Part shown: piece after piece, positions 27,472-32,000 of the stretch | Position numbering within the stretch: position 1 is the stretch's first letter | How the letters are laid out: the number at the start of each line of letters is the position of its first letter | Assembly: GCA_048882505.1 (NCBI GenBank) | Contig: JBHLRO010000004.1 | Span: 170,193-202,192, forward strand | DNA from: Candidatus Thorarchaeota archaeon | GTDB lineage: Archaea > Asgardarchaeota > Heimdallarchaeia > Hodarchaeales > Hodarchaeaceae | DNA: 32,000 nucleotides | Direction: 5' to 3' | Notes under the pieces: model-generated | Told to the model about the DNA's origin: nothing | What the model saw: the letters and a program-made list of their open reading frames with translations, nothing else | Database searches by the model: none | Translations under genes and position numbers: made by a program

Positions 27472-28497
27472 ATGAAGTTAGACTCGGAGTTATGTCTGGT
27501 TACGGGGGCTTGTGGATTCGTGGGCTCTCATTTGACTGAGGCTTTGGTGTCTAACGGGTTCAGCGTTCGCGCCACTGATCTTGCAAGGTCTCTTTGTCGT
27601 TATCTTCCTTCAGAGAGCTCTCCAAAGATAGAATTCGTCCCCGCCGACATTACAAATCCATCACAAATTCGCTCTCTAGTACAAGGAGTAAAAATCGTAT
27701 TCCACACGGCTGGCATTTTCCGATTTGACGTTTCAAACAGAATCTTAAATCGAGTTAATGTCGAAGGTACCGAAACCCTATTTTCTGCATTGCTTAACGA
27801 AGACATCTCACATGTGGTGAATTGGAGCTCGGCTATGATTTATGGCAAGTTACAGTACACTCCTGCTGACGAAACGCACCCGATTTGCCCTGAGGATCCT
27901 TATTCTGAATCGAAATGGGCTCAAGAACAGGTAGGCATGAAATACTACGAACAAAATGGAATCAAGATAAGTTCCATAAGGCCTACTGCCATATATGGTC
28001 CTAGATCGTTTTATGGTACGGGTCGGCTCCTCGTAGCACTAGCCAACAGGAAGGTTTTGGGGATTCCAGGATCTGGAAAAACCATTCAACACCACGTTTT
28101 CGTGAAAGATGTGGTTCGAGCGGCTATCTTCATTGCCAAGGAGGCCAAAACAGCCGGGCAAAGCTATAATGTGGCTGATGAACACCCAATTTCTATTGAA
28201 GAGTCGTTTGATATAGTTAAATCGCTTTATGGCTATGATTTACCCAGAATTCATTTCCCTCGTCGGGTAATTCTTGCCTATGGATTTCTGGATCGATTTT
28301 TGAATCGCTTACTTAATAAATCCAGTCTTTATGATAAAACAGCACTATCCCTCCTCTTCACTGATCATATATATGATAATACAAAGCTAAAACAACTGGG
28401 ATTCAGGTATTTAACCCCAGGGCTTGAAAACGGGATTATTCCTACGGTTAGCTGGTATTCAAATGAAGGTTTAATACCTCCCGTCCTGCATAATTGA
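27472..28497 (+). CDS. Extended SDR, NAD-dependent epimerase/dehydratase (3-beta-HSD-like)
   Basis: VTGACGFVGSHL, HTAG, NVEGT, SSAMIYG, YSESK (YxxxK), RPTAIYGP. Confidence 0.92.
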   Translation: MKLDSELCLVTGACGFVGSHLTEALVSNGFSVRATDLARSLCRYLPSESSPKIEFVPADITNPSQIRSLVQGVKIVFHTAGIFRFDVSNRILNRVNVEGTETLFSALLNEDISHVVNWSSAMIYGKLQYTPADETHPICPEDPYSESKWAQEQVGMKYYEQNGIKISSIRPTAIYGPRSFYGTGRLLVALANRKVLGIPGSGKTIQHHVFVKDVVRAAIFIAKEAKTAGQSYNVADEHPISIEESFDIVKSLYGYDLPRIHFPRRVILAYGFLDRFLNRLLNKSSLYDKTALSLLFTDHIYDNTKLKQLGFRYLTPGLENGIIPTVSWYSNEGLIPPVLHN

Positions 28498-28523
28498 AAT
28501 ATCTCCCCCTCGGAATTGTTTCC

Positions 28524-28531
28524 TTTTTTTT
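28524..28531 (+). terminator. T8 terminator candidate after the SDR gene
   Basis: Oligo-T 27 nt after the stop codon. Confidence 0.45.
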
Positions 28532-28646
28532 GTCCAGCTGACTAAACTAGGTCTACGGAAGAATCTTTCATCGGGTATATCTGTACCCAATCAATATATC
28601 CGGATTCATATAATCTCATTTAACTACGCTTTTAAAGGTGTAATTG

Positions 28647-29486
28647 ATGGATCCGAGCGTACAAACATTCTATTTCTTAACACTTTCTCTAATCCGTCTC
28701 GCAGCGACAGCTGTATTCATAGATTCGTATCAGAAAGAAAACGACGAAACAAAAAAGGATCGATTTATGATCTTTACCTTTGGATGGGGGGTAGCAGCCG
28801 TTTCGGCCCTTTTCAACATTATAGCTGGCGACATCGGAGTAGACCCCCTTTTAAATACTTTCTATTTCATGTCTCGGATTAGTACTTCCATTGGAACTCT
28901 TTTGATTGTATTAGGTGCAATTTCATATTTTGTGAATTTCTCATTTCGTCAAGTCTCTGCTGGTGGAACCCTTGCGATATTGGTTATTGAATTATCTTCG
29001 TTAGTAATTTCTTTAGAGACCGTCGCTCTCGTTGCAAATCTACTTCAGCTCTTTTTATTGTTTGGGAGCTATTCCCTGGGCATTTACTATCGTAATCGTT
29101 TTCTAGCAATCGTTCATAGTCATTCAACATATTACTGGTTCTTAACTATTGTCGGTTTAGCAGTTTTATCTATTCTGTTTTTTTTGTTTGTACCGCTCGC
29201 AGAATACGTTTTTGTAAGTTATGCTTTTTCCATCACTCTCTCGGTACTGATGGTAATATTTTTCATCTATATCGAAGTAGCGATACAGAGTCATGGCAAA
29301 TTTGTTCTAAAAGATACCTACTCCCATGATCTTGGAAACCAAATTCAGTATCTACTGAGTGTGGCCGAATTGGCCAAGTCTCAATTAGACAAAGTCCCAT
29401 CAAACCAAATTCGTGACTATTTAAACGAATTGGAGGATCGATGTGTCCAAGCGGGTAACCTTATTCAAAATATCCGTCAAATCTGA
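28647..29486 (+). CDS. 7-TM membrane protein with a C-terminal histidine-kinase H-box helix pair and no ATPase domain
   Basis: Seven hydrophobic segments, then DTYSHDLGNQIQ (His codon 29325-29327); the protein ends about 53 aa later. Confidence 0.75.
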   Translation: MDPSVQTFYFLTLSLIRLAATAVFIDSYQKENDETKKDRFMIFTFGWGVAAVSALFNIIAGDIGVDPLLNTFYFMSRISTSIGTLLIVLGAISYFVNFSFRQVSAGGTLAILVIELSSLVISLETVALVANLLQLFLLFGSYSLGIYYRNRFLAIVHSHSTYYWFLTIVGLAVLSILFFLFVPLAEYVFVSYAFSITLSVLMVIFFIYIEVAIQSHGKFVLKDTYSHDLGNQIQYLLSVAELAKSQLDKVPSNQIRDYLNELEDRCVQAGNLIQNIRQI

Positions 29487-29500
29487 CCCAGTTCTTTGGA

Positions 29501-31381
29501 TCAACCTATATCTTTAACGGATTGGATGAAGCTCTTCGTCTTATCAAAATACTCCAGTGATTGATGTCGGAAGTACGTATTATACAGATTTGCATAGTAT
29601 CCCCCTCCTGCCATTAATGTTTCGTGATTCCCTTCCTCTACAATATTCCCATGATCTAACACTATAATCCGATCACAATGCCTAACGGTCCAGAGACGAT
29701 GAGCAATAATGATTGAAGTCCGTCCTGCGATGGTCTTTTCAATAGCTTCCTGAATTCGGGTTTCTGTGAAGGGATCGACCGAGGCTGTAGCTTCATCAAG
29801 GATGAGAATAGCGGGATCCTCGAGCAATGTTCTCGCAAAGACAACTAGTTGCCTCTGACCCATACTCAAAAGGGATCCTCGTTCGCGAATATTGGTTTCC
29901 AATCCTTCGGGAAGATCTTCTACCCAGTCTGCACCTCCCGCTTGCTCAAGGGCCCAAAGAACTTCATCACGAGACGCATGGGTATTTCCGTATTTGATAT
30001 TGTTCTCTAACGTATCTGCCCAGAGGAACGGGGTCTGTGGAATGAGTCCGATGTGACTTCTATACGCCCTTAAATCGAATTTTCGGATATCAGTCCTATC
30101 GATAGTGATTTCTCCCTCCTGATACTCGTAAAATCTTGCCAAAAGTTTGGCTAGGCTTGATTTTCCAGCCCCCGTGTGACCCACTATAGCAAGCGATTCC
30201 CCAGGCCGAATCGTTAGGGAGAATTTATCAAGAACCTTTGTTCTGAGGGTCGATAGTGATCCAATATCTATTTCACGATCCAAAACTTCTCCTCCTTCAA
30301 GATACGAAAATCCTAGGTCACTGAATCGAATTTCCCCCGACAATTTTTTTGGCCTAATGTTGTCGATTTGCGAAACCCGTGGAGGAGTGTCAATCAACGC
30401 GAAGATCCTTTCTGATGCCGCAAGTCCAGCTTGAAAGTTCGGCCAGAAACTTGCAATTGAGAAAAGAGGGAAGAAAAACAAGGAGAGGCTATTAATGAAC
30501 AGGTAGAAATCCCCGGCACTCAACCATCCACTAAGTGTACCCTCGCCCCCCATCCAAACTATAACCGCTATCGCAACTCCTTGAACAAACGATAACGTAG
30601 GAAAGAGGAAATTGAAAACGTAAGCCCTTCGTAGATTGGCTCGGTAGGATTGATCATTAATGGCCAGAAATTTTTCATGAAGTTTTCGTTCTTGTCGGAA
30701 TGTTTTTGCGATCTGAATTCCGGCCACGGTTTCCTGTACAAACGCATTAACTGTGGCAAGGGCCCTCTGACCTTCAAGGGTTCTCCTTCGCGCCACCTTG
30801 CGAAATGACAACGCGACAATGAAGACAAATGGTACCATTCCGATCACAGCAAGAGATAAAGGAAACGAGATGGTAACCATTGCCACCATGACAATCACTA
30901 CTACTAAAACCGAAGATAGTACCTGCATGGAGATGCTAGCAGTCTGTCCAAAATCATTGCTATCCGTATTTATACGCGAGACAATCTTTCCTGTTGGGTA
31001 CTTATCAAAAAATGATAGATCATGATTCAAAACAGCTCGATTTACATCCTGTCGCAATGTCAAAACTACATCCCCGATAACTTGTGCTGAATAACGTTGA
31101 CGAAAATAATTGAAAACCCAACCCAAGGCATTTAAAATGAAGGTGACAATAATTAGAATCACCAAATAATCAACGTTTCGGGACGAATCAAGTTGGTTTA
31201 TTGCTTCTCTTGTGACCAACGGGACGGCCGCATTTGCTAGGGATGTACACGTTAAGAAAAAGATCACGATGACCATCATAGCCTTATACGGAGAAAAATA
31301 GTTCAGAATTCGTTTGACCAGATCTCGATCCCTGTATTTCCTGTCATATTCTTCAGATCCCAAACCGAGAGAGAATCCCAT
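29501..31381 (-). CDS. ABC exporter half-transporter (TMD+NBD), second subunit of a heterodimer
   Basis: Six-TM domain, GHTGAGKS, LSMGQRQ (degenerate signature), LDEATASVD, IAHRL. Confidence 0.95.
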   Translation of the reverse strand: MGFSLGLGSEEYDRKYRDRDLVKRILNYFSPYKAMMVIVIFFLTCTSLANAAVPLVTREAINQLDSSRNVDYLVILIIVTFILNALGWVFNYFRQRYSAQVIGDVVLTLRQDVNRAVLNHDLSFFDKYPTGKIVSRINTDSNDFGQTASISMQVLSSVLVVVIVMVAMVTISFPLSLAVIGMVPFVFIVALSFRKVARRRTLEGQRALATVNAFVQETVAGIQIAKTFRQERKLHEKFLAINDQSYRANLRRAYVFNFLFPTLSFVQGVAIAVIVWMGGEGTLSGWLSAGDFYLFINSLSLFFFPLFSIASFWPNFQAGLAASERIFALIDTPPRVSQIDNIRPKKLSGEIRFSDLGFSYLEGGEVLDREIDIGSLSTLRTKVLDKFSLTIRPGESLAIVGHTGAGKSSLAKLLARFYEYQEGEITIDRTDIRKFDLRAYRSHIGLIPQTPFLWADTLENNIKYGNTHASRDEVLWALEQAGGADWVEDLPEGLETNIRERGSLLSMGQRQLVVFARTLLEDPAILILDEATASVDPFTETRIQEAIEKTIAGRTSIIIAHRLWTVRHCDRIIVLDHGNIVEEGNHETLMAGGGYYANLYNTYFRHQSLEYFDKTKSFIQSVKDIG

Positions 31382-31384
31382 AAT

Positions 31385-32000
31385 TTAACCAGCCACCTGT
31401 TGTCGGGTTACCTTTAGTATTTGATCTTCCTTGAGATCAAACCGTTTCACAAATATATTTCTATACTCTTCACTTGTGTGAATTAACTCCTCATGGGATC
31501 CAATGGCAATCACTCGTCCACGTTTCATGACCAGAATTGAGTCTGCCCATCGAATTTGAGACAGTCTATGTGTGATAAGGAACGTAGTTCGTCCCTTAAG
31601 GATGTTGGTTATAGCATGTTGTATCCTGTCTTCTGTTTCTGAGTCGATGGCACTCGTACTGTCATCTAATACCAGGATTTTGGGATCAGCTAAGAACGCA
31701 CGAGCGATTGCGACTCTTTGCCGTTCTCCTCCACTCAGTTGAACTCCTCTTTCCCCGACCTCTGTATCATAACCTTCTGGCAGTTGTGAAATAAAATCAT
31801 GGGCCTGGGCTTCCTGAGCTACGGTCATAACGTCTTCCAGAGAGCTAGTCCTCCCAAACGAAATATTTTCGTGAACAGATGACGAGAAGAGAAAAACATC
31901 TTGTTCAATATAAGAAATCTGGGATCTTAATGATTCCAAATTATAAGCCTTGATGTCGACTCCATCGATTTTAATAGAGCCGTTCTTAACGTCATATAAC
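31385..32000 (-). CDS. ABC exporter half-transporter, first subunit; partial, runs off the right edge
   Basis: The frame is open to the window edge ([16 protein letters not shown]). [20 protein letters not shown] (Asp in place of the catalytic Glu), ITHRL. This pairs with the neighbour as in TM287/TM288-type heterodimers. Confidence 0.93.
   Translation of the reverse strand, partial: LYDVKNGSIKIDGVDIKAYNLESLRSQISYIEQDVFLFSSSVHENISFGRTSSLEDVMTVAQEAQAHDFISQLPEGYDTEVGERGVQLSGGERQRVAIARAFLADPKILVLDDSTSAIDSETEDRIQHAITNILKGRTTFLITHRLSQIRWADSILVMKRGRVIAIGSHEELIHTSEEYRNIFVKRFDLKEDQILKVTRQQVAG

Noticed and set aside
28590-28599. ATCAATATAT also present at 13395-13404, suggesting a shared regulon
   Set aside because: One repeat of an AT-rich 10-mer in 32 kb is plausible by chance, and the second half-site is absent here.
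28647-29290. 7-TM protein as a rhodopsin
   Set aside because: No retinal-binding Lys or DxxxK motif in the seventh helix.
1-32000. Impression that GATC and ATCGAT are abundant, hinting at an MTase target
   Set aside because: Not counted; it needs an observed/expected k-mer analysis against a codon-aware model.

Overview
Gene-dense archaeal chromosomal segment with about 26 credible protein-coding genes. I saw no rRNA, tRNA, CRISPR array, transposase or integrase. The content points to an Asgard archaeon, probably Heimdallarchaeia-like (inference): two tandem TPR proteins ending in a longin-like domain, a compact DENN-like protein, a Dna2 nuclease-helicase with a C-terminal RING-type finger, TATA boxes about 25-35 nt upstream of starts, and oligo-T terminators. 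Four DNA methyltransferases sit within about 18 kb with no recognisable restriction endonuclease, and the first lies 40 bp downstream of the Dna2-RING gene on the same strand. A large membrane-anchored beta-helix surface protein carries 267-bp internal tandem repeats. The remaining genes are housekeeping or transport: penicillin acylase, RNase J-like hydrolase, cupin, HAD phosphatase, ABC-2 pair, PLP aminotransferase, superoxide reductase, DinB, AlaX, extended SDR, a 7TM protein with a bare H-box, and a heterodimeric ABC exporter. All calls come from motifs read by eye; no database search or structure prediction was run.
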